Below, piece by piece: positions 38,287 through 47,839 of a DNA stretch of 64,000 bases. The notes under the pieces were generated by a model. It was not told the origin of the DNA. It was given only the letters and a program-made list of their open reading frames with translations, and ran no database searches. The translations under genes and the position numbers were made by a program. This DNA comes from Pseudomonadota bacterium (GTDB taxonomy: Bacteria > Myxococcota > JACRCW01 > JAFGSX01). Each line of letters opens with the position of its first letter. Positions within the stretch are counted from its first letter, which is position 1. The stretch is from the NCBI GenBank assembly GCA_043821645.1, contig JBDRCO010000101.1, positions 57,356 through 121,355 of the forward strand. The letters run 5' to 3'.

Positions 38287-38479
38287 GTCGGGCACGCTAC
38301 GACGGGGTTCTGACGGAGTAAAGTGGTGGGATGAGGTGGGAGCTTGTCCGACAGGATCGAGACGGCGGGGAGGGACTCTGGGGGGTAGGGAAAACACTCC
38401 AGCACCAGGATGCGATAACCTGATCGTTCGTGACCTGATCGTGTCGGGCGCGGTGCCCGTGAGAACTCCGGAGGGACCC

Positions 38480-39430
38480 ATGGCCAGGATCAGCTCCAAC
38501 CCACCTCCAGCTCTCAGAGTGCCCGCGACAGCGGCCGACAGCGTGCAGAAGAGCCAGACCGGCAAGGGGGTCAGCACGTCCTCGGGCTCGAGTCCCTCCC
38601 GAGACGCCTACCTGAGAGGCGGCACTCCCGCGATCCTGTCCAGTATCGACGGGGACCACGGCCCCTCCGCCGCGAACCTGAGATCCCCCCTGGCCCGCGG
38701 GCTGAGCGGCGCCAGCCAGGCCAAGGCCGTCAACTTCAACAAGATGAGCCAGGAACAACAGTACGACTACCTGAAGCAGACGACCATTGACCGCGCCGGC
38801 GGCGACCCCTCGGCATGGAAGGACGGTGACCGCGAGGTCAACCTGACCGGCATCCGTTCGTTCAATGGCGAGGCGCATGGTGCAAAGGCCAACAAGTATG
38901 ACGACATGATCTACGTGGCGCGCATGGTCGACGGCAAGAAGACCGTCGAGGGCTTCCCGGCCACCGTCGACCCCGGCAAGCAGAAGAACAGCCCGACCTA
39001 CCGACTGGGAGACGGATTTTTCAAGGACGCCTGGACGCGCGGCAACGTGAGTGGCGACGAGCCAGGTCTGCGGCAGACCCGGGACCTCGAGCTGCAGGCC
39101 GGGGGTAGCGCCGACATGCTCCCGACGGAAAAGCAACTGCAGTTTCACCGCGGCGGCTCTGGCGATGTCAACTCCGAGTCGCGAGGATGCCAGGCCATTC
39201 GAGGGGATCGCTACGACAGGTTCCAGCAGATCCTGGCCGAGGCGCCGGCCTCGCAGCGTGATTTCAGCTACAACCTGATCGACTCCCATGGCCTGCCCGG
39301 GCTGAGGAGCGATGGTCACGCGGAGCGGACGCATTCGCTGCGCCACCAAACGAGCGAGCGCCGCAACGCGGGTCACAGCGGCGATGGCATAGGCATCGTC
39401 CGCACACCGGACAGCCGTCTGCGCCGATAG
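38480..39430 (+). CDS. Hypothetical protein with His/Cys (L,D-transpeptidase-like) motif and disordered N-terminus
   Basis: GGAGGG RBS; GIR...NKYDD...TVDPG...FHRGG...SRGCQ. Confidence 0.65.
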   Translation: MARISSNPPPALRVPATAADSVQKSQTGKGVSTSSGSSPSRDAYLRGGTPAILSSIDGDHGPSAANLRSPLARGLSGASQAKAVNFNKMSQEQQYDYLKQTTIDRAGGDPSAWKDGDREVNLTGIRSFNGEAHGAKANKYDDMIYVARMVDGKKTVEGFPATVDPGKQKNSPTYRLGDGFFKDAWTRGNVSGDEPGLRQTRDLELQAGGSADMLPTEKQLQFHRGGSGDVNSESRGCQAIRGDRYDRFQQILAEAPASQRDFSYNLIDSHGLPGLRSDGHAERTHSLRHQTSERRNAGHSGDGIGIVRTPDSRLRR

Positions 39431-39513
39431 CGGCCGGCCTCGACCCCCACCGACCATCCCGGCGTGACCGAAGCGCCCTGACACGCTAGTCTTCACTCAT
39501 CGTGAGGTGTGAC

Positions 39514-40980
39514 ATGCGTGGACGCGTCGAGGTCGCCGGGCTGGGTTGCATTGCTTTGATCCTGTGTGCCTGTCCCCCGCCTGGGGGTGGTCCCGGAGCC
39601 GACTGCTCCGACGACAAACCCTGCCAGAGCGGCTATGACTGCGTTTCCGGAAAATGCGAAGCCCAGACCAGCCACGATGCGGGCACTGGTGGCCCCATCG
39701 ATCCACCGCGCTGCGACTACGACACCGACTGCAGCGTGGGCGAGATCTGTGACGATGCCAGCCAGCTCTGTGTGACTGGCCTGGATTGCTCGCAGAACGC
39801 CACGGTCTGCGGGTTTTGCGAGAGCGGCGCCCAGGACTGCGGATTCGGCGACCGCCCGGCCTACTGCGACGCCAACGACGGCGTGTGCCGGCGTGTCCAT
39901 ACCTCGTGCCAGCCCTGCACCTCGGCGGCCCAGTGCACCACCTCGGACGCGTTTTACGACAATCACTGCATCACCTATGGCGACGGGAAGTTCTGCGCGG
40001 TGGACTGCGCGCATGGCCAGACCTGCCCGCGCGGTTTCAGCTGCGATGGCACCGCCTGCACGCTCGAGAGCCTGCTGGGCCGCTGCAGTGATGCGCCGAC
40101 CTGTACCGCGGATACCGAGGGCGACGTGTGTCCCACCAGCACCTACTGCACGACGCGCGCATTTCCGGGGCGGGTCGGCGTGTGCCTGGGGACCTGTCTG
40201 TCCGACGACGATTGCGTGCTGCCGAAGATCTGCCGCACCGACCCGGGACCACGCTACGGCACCTGCATCGACGGCTGCGCACCTGCTGGCACCGAGGTGG
40301 GCTCGCAGGTCTGCCACGAGACAGGTCACGCCGGCGCCTACTGCACCCAGGACTCCGAGTGCCTGGCCATCACCGGGCTCGGTGGCTTCGAGTGTCACGA
40401 TACGAGCGGTCACTGTGACGGCCGTTCGTGCTCGGGCTGGTGCGTGCAAGGCGGCTGCGACAGCTCGGCCGAGTGCCCGCTACCTCGTACCTACTGTGAG
40501 CTGCCAGCGCGCGAGTGTCGCGACGGCTGTGGCATCGACCTCGACTGCGGAGCCTTCGAGATCTGCGATCCAGTTGCCCACACCTGCAACAAGCAGCCCT
40601 GCCGCGGCAAGGACCTGTCGTGCAATCTGGAGCAGTGGTGCTGCGGCAAGGAGCTGTACGACGCGTCGAGTGCGCCCGAGCACATGGCTTGCCCGAGCGA
40701 CGTCGGGGCTGGCGAGTGCTTCGACATGCGGGATCCCTACTGCCGGACCTGCGAGGACAACGACGACTGCACGAACATCCAGAAATTCGGCTATGCCAGC
40801 TACTGCTTCGAGCTGAAGACCGAGGACGATCAGGGCAACGAGATCTCCCTGGGTAAGTACTGCTCGGTGGGCTGCGAGTCGAATGCCGACTGCCCGCGAG
40901 GGATCAGCTGCATACAAGAACTGCCTGATCCCGACGGCGGCACCATCAAGGGCTGCATCGACGCTCGCTGCGTTCCCTGA
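39514..40980 (+). CDS. Cys-rich repeat lipoprotein
   Basis: Lipobox LCAC; repeated CxxDxDC/CxSxAxC units throughout. Confidence 0.8.
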   Translation: MRGRVEVAGLGCIALILCACPPPGGGPGADCSDDKPCQSGYDCVSGKCEAQTSHDAGTGGPIDPPRCDYDTDCSVGEICDDASQLCVTGLDCSQNATVCGFCESGAQDCGFGDRPAYCDANDGVCRRVHTSCQPCTSAAQCTTSDAFYDNHCITYGDGKFCAVDCAHGQTCPRGFSCDGTACTLESLLGRCSDAPTCTADTEGDVCPTSTYCTTRAFPGRVGVCLGTCLSDDDCVLPKICRTDPGPRYGTCIDGCAPAGTEVGSQVCHETGHAGAYCTQDSECLAITGLGGFECHDTSGHCDGRSCSGWCVQGGCDSSAECPLPRTYCELPARECRDGCGIDLDCGAFEICDPVAHTCNKQPCRGKDLSCNLEQWCCGKELYDASSAPEHMACPSDVGAGECFDMRDPYCRTCEDNDDCTNIQKFGYASYCFELKTEDDQGNEISLGKYCSVGCESNADCPRGISCIQELPDPDGGTIKGCIDARCVP

Positions 40981-41075
40981 GCCGGTCCTGAACGCATGCG
41001 ACATCAAACGTCGCTTGCACCTCTTAAGGTCTCCCCGTTGCCTGAAACAAGGCGCCACGAACAGGGAGACAAACC

Positions 41076-41348
41076 ATGAGCACGACAATGATGAACCTGG
41101 CCCGGGGCGACCTTGCGCTGGCGGAGAATCGAGGTCTGCTGGCGCCACGCTGGGTGGTGCCCGTGCTGGGGGTGGTCGAGGATGGATCGGTTCGCTGGCG
41201 CGGTGGCTTCCGTCCGGCCCAGGTGGCACCAAGACTGCCTGTTCCGCGGTCCACACGCTGGTCGCCCTACACGCTGACCAACGATGACGGCGACGTGATC
41301 TACGACGACCAGGCTTACGCTGTTTTCGCCGACGAGGACGCTCGCTGA
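41076..41348 (+). CDS. Small hypothetical protein (90 aa)
   Basis: AGGGAG RBS; fills an otherwise empty gap. Confidence 0.6.
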   Translation: MSTTMMNLARGDLALAENRGLLAPRWVVPVLGVVEDGSVRWRGGFRPAQVAPRLPVPRSTRWSPYTLTNDDGDVIYDDQAYAVFADEDAR

Positions 41349-41353
41349 CCTGC

Positions 41354-42277
41354 TCACTTTGTGGTGAGCTGGACCCTGTTCTCCACGAAGCCCCGCACGG
41401 CCTCGCGCACTGCACGCTGCAGCTCCAGTGGTACCCCGCTGCGCTGGTCCGCGAGGTCCTGGCACGCCGACAGGGTTTGGCGCAGCGACGAGCACAGCGC
41501 ACCGCAGTGCGGGCAACTGGCGATGTGCTGCTCCATGCTGGCACAGGTGGACGCGTCGATTTCTCCCTCGAGGTGCTGCGAGAAAAGCCGGGCCGTGTTC
41601 TGGCACTCGTGTCCGGTCGGCGGAGGCAGGTCCTCGCTCTGCAGCGCTGGCGTCACGTGCTCGCGCACCATCTCGCGGGCGCGGTGCAGCCGCGATTTGA
41701 CTGCCTGAATGGTGAGCCCGAGCACCTTGCCCACCTCGGGTGCGGTCAAGCCCTCGATGTCGCGCAACACCAGGACCTCGCGATACATGGGTTTGAGGCC
41801 GGCGATGGCATCGTCAAGCACACGCTTGAGCTGCGCCCCGGCCACCTCCTCGTCGGGTGGGCGGCCAGCGTCCGCGACCTGCCTGGCGGCCTCACCCTCC
41901 TCGCGGTCCAGCGATTCGACGTGTGTCGGTGCGAACTTGCTGCGGCGCCGCTTCTTGATGCAGAACGAGCGGGCGATGGTGTACAGCCAGGTCGAGACGG
42001 ACGAGGCGCCGCGGAACCCGTCGAGGGTGCGCGTCATGGCCAGGAAGGTCTCCTGCAACACGTCCTCGGCATCCTCGGGGTTGCGGCACATGCGCTGGCC
42101 AAAGCGAAAGACCTGCGCCTCGTGGCGGCGGATCAGCTCTTCGAGTGCCTTGCGGTCGCCCTGCTGTGCGCTGGCCGTCAGCGCCGCGTCATCGAGCTGG
42201 CGCACACCGCCTCGCGGGCCTGGGGCATCTGCAGTATCAGCTGGCGCGGTTCGGTTCGTCTTCGATCGTGCGGTCAT
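41354..42277 (-). CDS. ECF sigma factor with fused C-terminal zf-HC2 (ZAS-like) domain
   Basis: [29 protein letters not shown]-terminal HIASCPHC. Confidence 0.9.
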   Translation of the reverse strand: MTARSKTNRTAPADTADAPGPRGGVRQLDDAALTASAQQGDRKALEELIRRHEAQVFRFGQRMCRNPEDAEDVLQETFLAMTRTLDGFRGASSVSTWLYTIARSFCIKKRRRSKFAPTHVESLDREEGEAARQVADAGRPPDEEVAGAQLKRVLDDAIAGLKPMYREVLVLRDIEGLTAPEVGKVLGLTIQAVKSRLHRAREMVREHVTPALQSEDLPPPTGHECQNTARLFSQHLEGEIDASTCASMEQHIASCPHCGALCSSLRQTLSACQDLADQRSGVPLELQRAVREAVRGFVENRVQLTTK

Positions 42278-43925
42278 GGTCGCCTCGCTCAGCTCCGGCA
42301 AAGTAGCCGTGGGTCAGGCGTGGTCCTGGCTTGTGCACCAGGGTGCCACCCGGACCGAACTCCTGCACGCGCTGCCGGAGCCAGTCGGGCTGCGGAGGCT
42401 CGTTCTCGTCCACCGGACGCGGCATGGCCTGGGAGCTGATGTGCAGGGTGCGGGTGGGGAACGCGAATCTGATGCTCAGCTTCTCTGCCAGGCGCAAGAT
42501 ATCCAGGTAGACCTCGTGTCGCGCCCGCAGTTCCTCGCTCCACGACGGAACCTCGAAGAAGAAGTAGAGCATGATGTTCAAGCTGTGGTCGCCATAGCCC
42601 GAGAAGTGGACCTCGTAGTAGTCCTTGCGGGTCCGGGGGTGGGCCTGGAGGATGGCGCGGATGCCGTCGCAGAAGGCCTCGATCTGATCCGGCGTGCTGT
42701 CGTAGGTCACGCCGAGAGTGGTCACGGTCCTGCGGTACCGGCGCAGTCCGTAGTTGTCGACCACGGCGTCGGCGATCTTGGCGTTGGGAACGCTGACCAG
42801 TGAATTGTAGAAGGTTCGCACACGGGTCGAGCGGAAACCCACTTCCTCGATGATGCCCTCGGTGCCTGCGACTGCAACCCAGTCGCCGATCTGGAACGGC
42901 TTGTCGAGAAAGATGGTCAGGGAGCCAAAGAGGTTGGCGACGGTGTCCTTGGCTGCCAGGGCAAACGCGAGACCGCCGAGGCCGAGTCCAGCGATGAGCG
43001 AGCCGACGTCCACGTCGAGGTTCTGCAGGACGAACACGACGCCGAGGGAGATGACGACGACGCGCAACGCCTTGCGTACCAGTGGCACCAGCTGGTCGTC
43101 GAGCTTGGTGCTGGTCCGGTCCGCCCGGTCCGACAGGTAGGCCGCGAACAGGTCCACGATGCGGTACAGGACCATGACCGCGGCGAGGGCCGCGATGAGA
43201 CGAATCGCGATCAGGCCCACAGCGGCCAGAGCCACGGGCAGGTTGGAGACAGGCATGCCCACGGCGAGGATCCCGGACAGCGCCAGGGTGCCCAGGGGCT
43301 GGCTGGCGCTGCCCAGCAGGTCGCGCCCCCAGGAGATGCGCAGACGCTCCATCAGACGCCTCGCCCAGCCCGCCACGAACCAGGCCACCACCGTGCGCAC
43401 GATCAAGCCCAGGACCAGCAGCAGGACCAGGTAGATCAGCTGCCAGCCCATGAGTCCGAGGACAGGAGCCCGCATCCACGGCGGCAGCTGCTGCACCACA
43501 CCCCCGAGATCGAGGACGAAGGTGGTCGCCGCGAGTTCCGGGACCTGCTGGATGACGTGGGGCGGCAGATGCCAGCCGCCATCGTCGCGCACGAGCACGA
43601 TCTCGCTCAGCCCCTGGTGCAGGATCACCTCGTGCCGTCCGGTACCCGGGTCCGTGTGGTCGGAGACGTCGGGTAGTTTGTCGACGGAGATTCGCAGACC
43701 GGATGCATCGAAGACGCGCTTGAGCGTCTCCACCCGCCTCACCAGTTCTGCGGGATCCACTCCCTCCGGTGCCCGGGCACAGGTCGCCGCCACCTCGGGC
43801 CGGTAGCGCTGCGGTTGCAGGTTATCCAGGAGGGTATGCGCGGCGCGCAGGGGCGTGGCACACAGCGTGCCAGGGTCCGGGGCGACGGTCGTCAGAGTTG
43901 CCAGCGCGGCGAGGGCGATGAGCAT
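42237..43925 (-). CDS. mscS: MscS-family mechanosensitive channel with N-terminal periplasmic extension
   Basis: GLGLGGLAFALAAKDTVAN, DKPFQIGDW, GFRSTRVR, VPN, FAFPT. Confidence 0.9.
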   Translation of the reverse strand: MLIALAALATLTTVAPDPGTLCATPLRAAHTLLDNLQPQRYRPEVAATCARAPEGVDPAELVRRVETLKRVFDASGLRISVDKLPDVSDHTDPGTGRHEVILHQGLSEIVLVRDDGGWHLPPHVIQQVPELAATTFVLDLGGVVQQLPPWMRAPVLGLMGWQLIYLVLLLVLGLIVRTVVAWFVAGWARRLMERLRISWGRDLLGSASQPLGTLALSGILAVGMPVSNLPVALAAVGLIAIRLIAALAAVMVLYRIVDLFAAYLSDRADRTSTKLDDQLVPLVRKALRVVVISLGVVFVLQNLDVDVGSLIAGLGLGGLAFALAAKDTVANLFGSLTIFLDKPFQIGDWVAVAGTEGIIEEVGFRSTRVRTFYNSLVSVPNAKIADAVVDNYGLRRYRRTVTTLGVTYDSTPDQIEAFCDGIRAILQAHPRTRKDYYEVHFSGYGDHSLNIMLYFFFEVPSWSEELRARHEVYLDILRLAEKLSIRFAFPTRTLHISSQAMPRPVDENEPPQPDWLRQRVQEFGPGGTLVHKPGPRLTHGYFAGAERGDHDRTIEDEPNRAS

Positions 43926-44016
43926 GGGCCACCTCGCAGATTTCGCATGCACCCCGTGCGCATACGTTGCAGCGTGTATAACCCAGCCAGGGGTCGCCGG
44001 AAACCGTGGGCTTCGC

Positions 44017-44502
44017 TCAGCGTGGCGTGAGCTTGTGAACCAGGGCCGTGGTCGAGTGGTGCTTGGGATCGCCGACGATGGCCACCCGTCCTCCCAAACC
44101 TTCCACCACCGCGCGCTCGGGCACGCTGTCGGCCGTGTAGTCGGTGCCCTTGGCGTGCACGTCGGGCCGCAGGGCCTGGATCACGGCCACCACGTCGGGC
44201 TCGTCGAACAGGTGGACGACATCGACCGTGCGCAGGGCGCGCAGCAGCTCCACGCGCTCGGCTTCGGGAATGACCGGACGGCCCTCGCCCTTGAGGCCTC
44301 GCACCGAGGCGTCGGAGTTGACCGCCACCACCAGCAGGTCCCCCTCGGCGGCGGCGCCCTCGAGGTAGCGCAGGTGTCCCACGTGCAGGAGGTCAAAGGC
44401 CCCATTGGCCAGGACGATGCTTTGGCCGTGTCGCCTGGCCTCTGCCCGGAGCCGCAGCAGACCGTTGCGATCGCAGACCTCGGCGAGCAGGGTGGCGGTC
44501 AC
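44017..44502 (-). CDS. rfaE2: Heptose-1-phosphate adenylyltransferase (HldE domain II)
   Basis: NGAFDLLHVGHLRYL, NSDASV..LKG, KGTDY. Confidence 0.9.
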   Translation of the reverse strand: MTATLLAEVCDRNGLLRLRAEARRHGQSIVLANGAFDLLHVGHLRYLEGAAAEGDLLVVAVNSDASVRGLKGEGRPVIPEAERVELLRALRTVDVVHLFDEPDVVAVIQALRPDVHAKGTDYTADSVPERAVVEGLGGRVAIVGDPKHHSTTALVHKLTPR

Positions 44503-45494
44503 GCACTGTCCCCTTGCAGAGCGGCACGGATCTCCGACGGGCTGACCGTGGCCGCGCCCTGCTTCTGCACCACCAGCCCCGACGCCACCGTCGCGAGCCG
44601 CATGGCATCGTCGAGCGTGGCTCCCGAGCCTAGGGCCAGGACGACGGCTGCGGCGACGGTGTCACCGGCTCCGGTCACGTCGGTCACATCGTCGCTGCCA
44701 AAAATGGGGAGCCATGCGGTGTTCCCCCGAGGCTCGACCAGACACATGCCGGCGCGGCCTCGAGTGCACAGCACAGCCTGGGCCCCGGAGCGCTCGAGCA
44801 GGATGCGCGCCGCCCGCTCGACCTGTGCATTGTCGCCGGTGGGGAGGCCCGTGGCCTCCGCCAGCTCGGGAGCGTTGGGCTTGAGCACGAAGGGACCTCG
44901 GATCCGCAGCAGGTCGTACCGGGAGTCGACCAGGACCGGCTTTTCCGAGGCCACTTTGGCCAGGTACTGCCACAGCTCCTCGCTCACTGTGCGGCCGCCG
45001 TAGTCCGACACCAGCACCGCCTGGGCCCGTGCGGCCTCGCGCCCCGTGGCCTTGAGCAAGCTCAGACAGCTCGCCGCCGACGGAGGCGTCGCGGCTTGTC
45101 GGTCCAGGCGCAACACCTGCTGCTTGCCAGTCCCCGGCGCGCCGGCGAGGACGCGCAGCTTGGTGAGCGTGATGCGCCCCTGCTCCTCGATCACGGCGGG
45201 ATCCAGGATGCCTGCGGCCGTCAGCTCCCGGCGCAGACCCTGGCCGCCCTCGTCGTCCCCAAGCACGGTGGCGAGCACGGCCAGGCCGCCCAACGCCGCC
45301 ACGTTGCGCGCAGCGTTGCCAGCGCCACCCAGCTTGCTCTCCTCGCGGTCGTACAGGATCACGGGGACAGGTGCTTCGCGCGACACGCGGTCCGTGCTGC
45401 CGTACACATAGCGGTCGAGCATGGCATCACCCACGACGAGCACGCGGGTGTTCGCGAGGCGATCCAGCACGTCAGGGATGCACGACAGGTCCAT
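44499..45494 (-). CDS. rfaE1: Heptose-7-phosphate kinase (HldE domain I, PfkB fold)
   Basis: GDAMLD, RVSREAPVPV, GGAGN, SDY, DVTGAGDTV. Confidence 0.92.
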   Translation of the reverse strand: MDLSCIPDVLDRLANTRVLVVGDAMLDRYVYGSTDRVSREAPVPVILYDREESKLGGAGNAARNVAALGGLAVLATVLGDDEGGQGLRRELTAAGILDPAVIEEQGRITLTKLRVLAGAPGTGKQQVLRLDRQAATPPSAASCLSLLKATGREAARAQAVLVSDYGGRTVSEELWQYLAKVASEKPVLVDSRYDLLRIRGPFVLKPNAPELAEATGLPTGDNAQVERAARILLERSGAQAVLCTRGRAGMCLVEPRGNTAWLPIFGSDDVTDVTGAGDTVAAAVVLALGSGATLDDAMRLATVASGLVVQKQGAATVSPSEIRAALQGDSA

Positions 45495-45562
45495 GGTTGC
45501 TGTCTCCCACAGCGCGCCGGTCGGCGCAACTGGTGCGGCTCGGCCTCCACCACCTCAGCCTG

Positions 45563-46636
45563 TCAGCAAAGACCGAGCAGCCGGTCCAGGTCGGCGCCTC
45601 CGTGAACGACGTCGATCGTGAGACGCAAGGCCAGCGAGCCGGCGATTTTTCGTCGCCACTTCACGGCGTCCTTCTCGGTGGTCACCACCGTGGCACGGAG
45701 CCGGCATGCAGTGGTGGCGAGCGCATCGAGCTCGGCGATAGACCAGGGGTGGTGGTCGCGGCGCAGCTCGCGATGCACGACCTGCGCCCCGAGACTCCGC
45801 AGCGTGTGCTCGACGCTGTCAGGCCTGGCTACTGCCGTCACCAGGATCACGCGCTTGCCGGCCAGGGCACTGGTGTCTTGCAGCGAATTCCTGCACAGAT
45901 CCACCATGCTATCGATGCGACCGCGCACCTCGATCACGGGTCGACCCGCGACCAGGTCTTCTGGGAGCGGCTCCCACAGCTCGCCGTCGGTGGAATTAAG
46001 GACCAGCGCATGCGCTCGACGGAGACTCGACGGCGGCTCGCGCAGCATCCCCGCGGGCAAGCAGTGCCCATTGCCAAAGGGCCACGGGGCGCGGAGCAGC
46101 AGCAGGTCCACATCGCGGTGCAGGCGTCGGTGCTGGAACCCATCGTCGAGAAGCAGGGTATCCGCGCCGAATTCCTCGACAGCGCGCACGGCGGCGCGCA
46201 CCCTATCTGCACCCACGACGACGAGAACTTGCGGCACGCGGCGGGCGATCAGCACCGCCTCGTCGCCAAAGACATCCGGATCGGCCTGTGCTCCTGATCC
46301 GGGTGCGATGGCGGTCACGGCGTGCTCGGCGCGTCCGCGGTAGCCGCGGAGAATCACGGCCACCCGCCGACCGTGGGCTAAAAGGCGCTCGGCCAGCGCC
46401 ATGGTGAGTGGCGTCTTGCCCGCGCCCCCGGCGACCAGGTTGCCCACCGAGAGCACCCGCGCGTCGACCTGGTGCACGGCGAACAGACCCCTGTCGTAGG
46501 CCAGGTTGCGCAGACCAACCACGGACCGGTAGAGCGGTTCCAGTGGCGCCAGCCACGGCGCAAAAGGGCGCACTGCCGCGGTCGTGTTGTTCTCGGGATT
46601 GGTGATGGAGGCATCCCGCCGGAGGTCAGCGCTCAC
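45563..46636 (-). CDS. lpxK: Tetraacyldisaccharide 4'-kinase
   Basis: SVGNLVAGGAGKTP, RGY, GDE, LDDGFQH, LRE, DHH, TTEKD. Confidence 0.95.
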   Translation of the reverse strand: MSADLRRDASITNPENNTTAAVRPFAPWLAPLEPLYRSVVGLRNLAYDRGLFAVHQVDARVLSVGNLVAGGAGKTPLTMALAERLLAHGRRVAVILRGYRGRAEHAVTAIAPGSGAQADPDVFGDEAVLIARRVPQVLVVVGADRVRAAVRAVEEFGADTLLLDDGFQHRRLHRDVDLLLLRAPWPFGNGHCLPAGMLREPPSSLRRAHALVLNSTDGELWEPLPEDLVAGRPVIEVRGRIDSMVDLCRNSLQDTSALAGKRVILVTAVARPDSVEHTLRSLGAQVVHRELRRDHHPWSIAELDALATTACRLRATVVTTEKDAVKWRRKIAGSLALRLTIDVVHGGADLDRLLGLC

Positions 46637-47811
46637 GGCACATAGCCCCGGCTCTGGTTCTCCTGCTGAGCTGCTGCCACGCCATTGACGGGATTGTAGG
46701 ACAACACCACGTCGAACCCCTGCGCGAAGACGTCGAGGTGGTTGTTCACGGTCGCCAGATTTTTATCCGAGGAGGTGAAGCCCTTGACGCCCGCGGGGAT
46801 CATGACGTCGCGGATTAGGGCAGTGACCTGGGCCTCGCTCGCCTCACCGGCGTAGCTGCGATCCATCTCGAACAGGAACACATGTCGACCTGTCGCGCTG
46901 GCCGCTTGCGCGGGAATCTGCGTCGCCGAGCCCACGTTGACCATGTAGCGAACCTGCTCCCAACCTGTGGCAGCAGGCACCTCGGACGCGATCTCGCCTG
47001 TCGACACCATGATGAAGGCGTGGTCGGTGGCATCCTCCTCGATGAGAGCCGAGATGGTTCGCGCCAGGTCGCGGCTCTCCTTGACGTCGAGTTCGAGGAT
47101 GAGCTTGTCCCGCGCCCAGGCCAGGGTGTCGTCGAGGCGCTGGAAGGTTTGCCCGGCGCTGCTGGGTACAAGTGCGCAGGCCGTGACCTCGTCCGCGGTC
47201 ATATCCTCGATGCGCTGTCCGCCACAGGCCAGCGATTCGTAGTACTCGATGGGACTGGAGTGGGCGAGCACCGGAACGTTGTCCAGGGTCACGTGCACGT
47301 CTGTCTCGATGCCGTCGGCACCGGCCTCAAAGGCTCGCTCGAAGGCCTTGCGGGATTCGAAGGGGGCGTCGCTCACGTTCCAGTCCCCGCCGTGGGCAAC
47401 CACGAGGGCGCGGTGGCAGGTCGGATCCGTCCAGCACACGGCCAGCGAGGTGCGATGGGTCATGCCCGCAGCATCGGGTGCCGCAGCGTCGATGAGTGTT
47501 GCATGGTCCGGATTCGCGCCGTCGCCAACTCGGACGTGGTCAAAATGAAGCGGGTGGTCGGAGACGCTTGCGTCCCCGGGCATCGCGTCATCGCGCAGCG
47601 CTGAATCCGTGCCCACTCCGACGTCCGGTGGGGTGCCATCGGTCCCTGTACCGAGATCCCACACGACCGTCGCGTCGGGGACGGCCCTTGCGTCGGCGCA
47701 CCCGGCGCTGGCACACGCCGCGTCTTGTTCGGAGGCCGTGCTGTCCGGGCAGCCCAGGGCGAGCAGCCCCAGGATGAGGACGAGCAGTCGTGGGACAGAC
47801 CGCGAGCACAT
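46633..47811 (-). CDS. Glycerophosphodiester phosphodiesterase-family lipoprotein
   Basis: Lipobox LALGC; VAHGG (HRG variant), GADGIETDVHVTLD...LAH, ELDVK. Confidence 0.8.
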   Translation of the reverse strand: MCSRSVPRLLVLILGLLALGCPDSTASEQDAACASAGCADARAVPDATVVWDLGTGTDGTPPDVGVGTDSALRDDAMPGDASVSDHPLHFDHVRVGDGANPDHATLIDAAAPDAAGMTHRTSLAVCWTDPTCHRALVVAHGGDWNVSDAPFESRKAFERAFEAGADGIETDVHVTLDNVPVLAHSSPIEYYESLACGGQRIEDMTADEVTACALVPSSAGQTFQRLDDTLAWARDKLILELDVKESRDLARTISALIEEDATDHAFIMVSTGEIASEVPAATGWEQVRYMVNVGSATQIPAQAASATGRHVFLFEMDRSYAGEASEAQVTALIRDVMIPAGVKGFTSSDKNLATVNNHLDVFAQGFDVVLSYNPVNGVAAAQQENQSRGYVP

Positions 47812-47839
47812 CGCCACAGCATAGCACGCAGGTCGCGAC

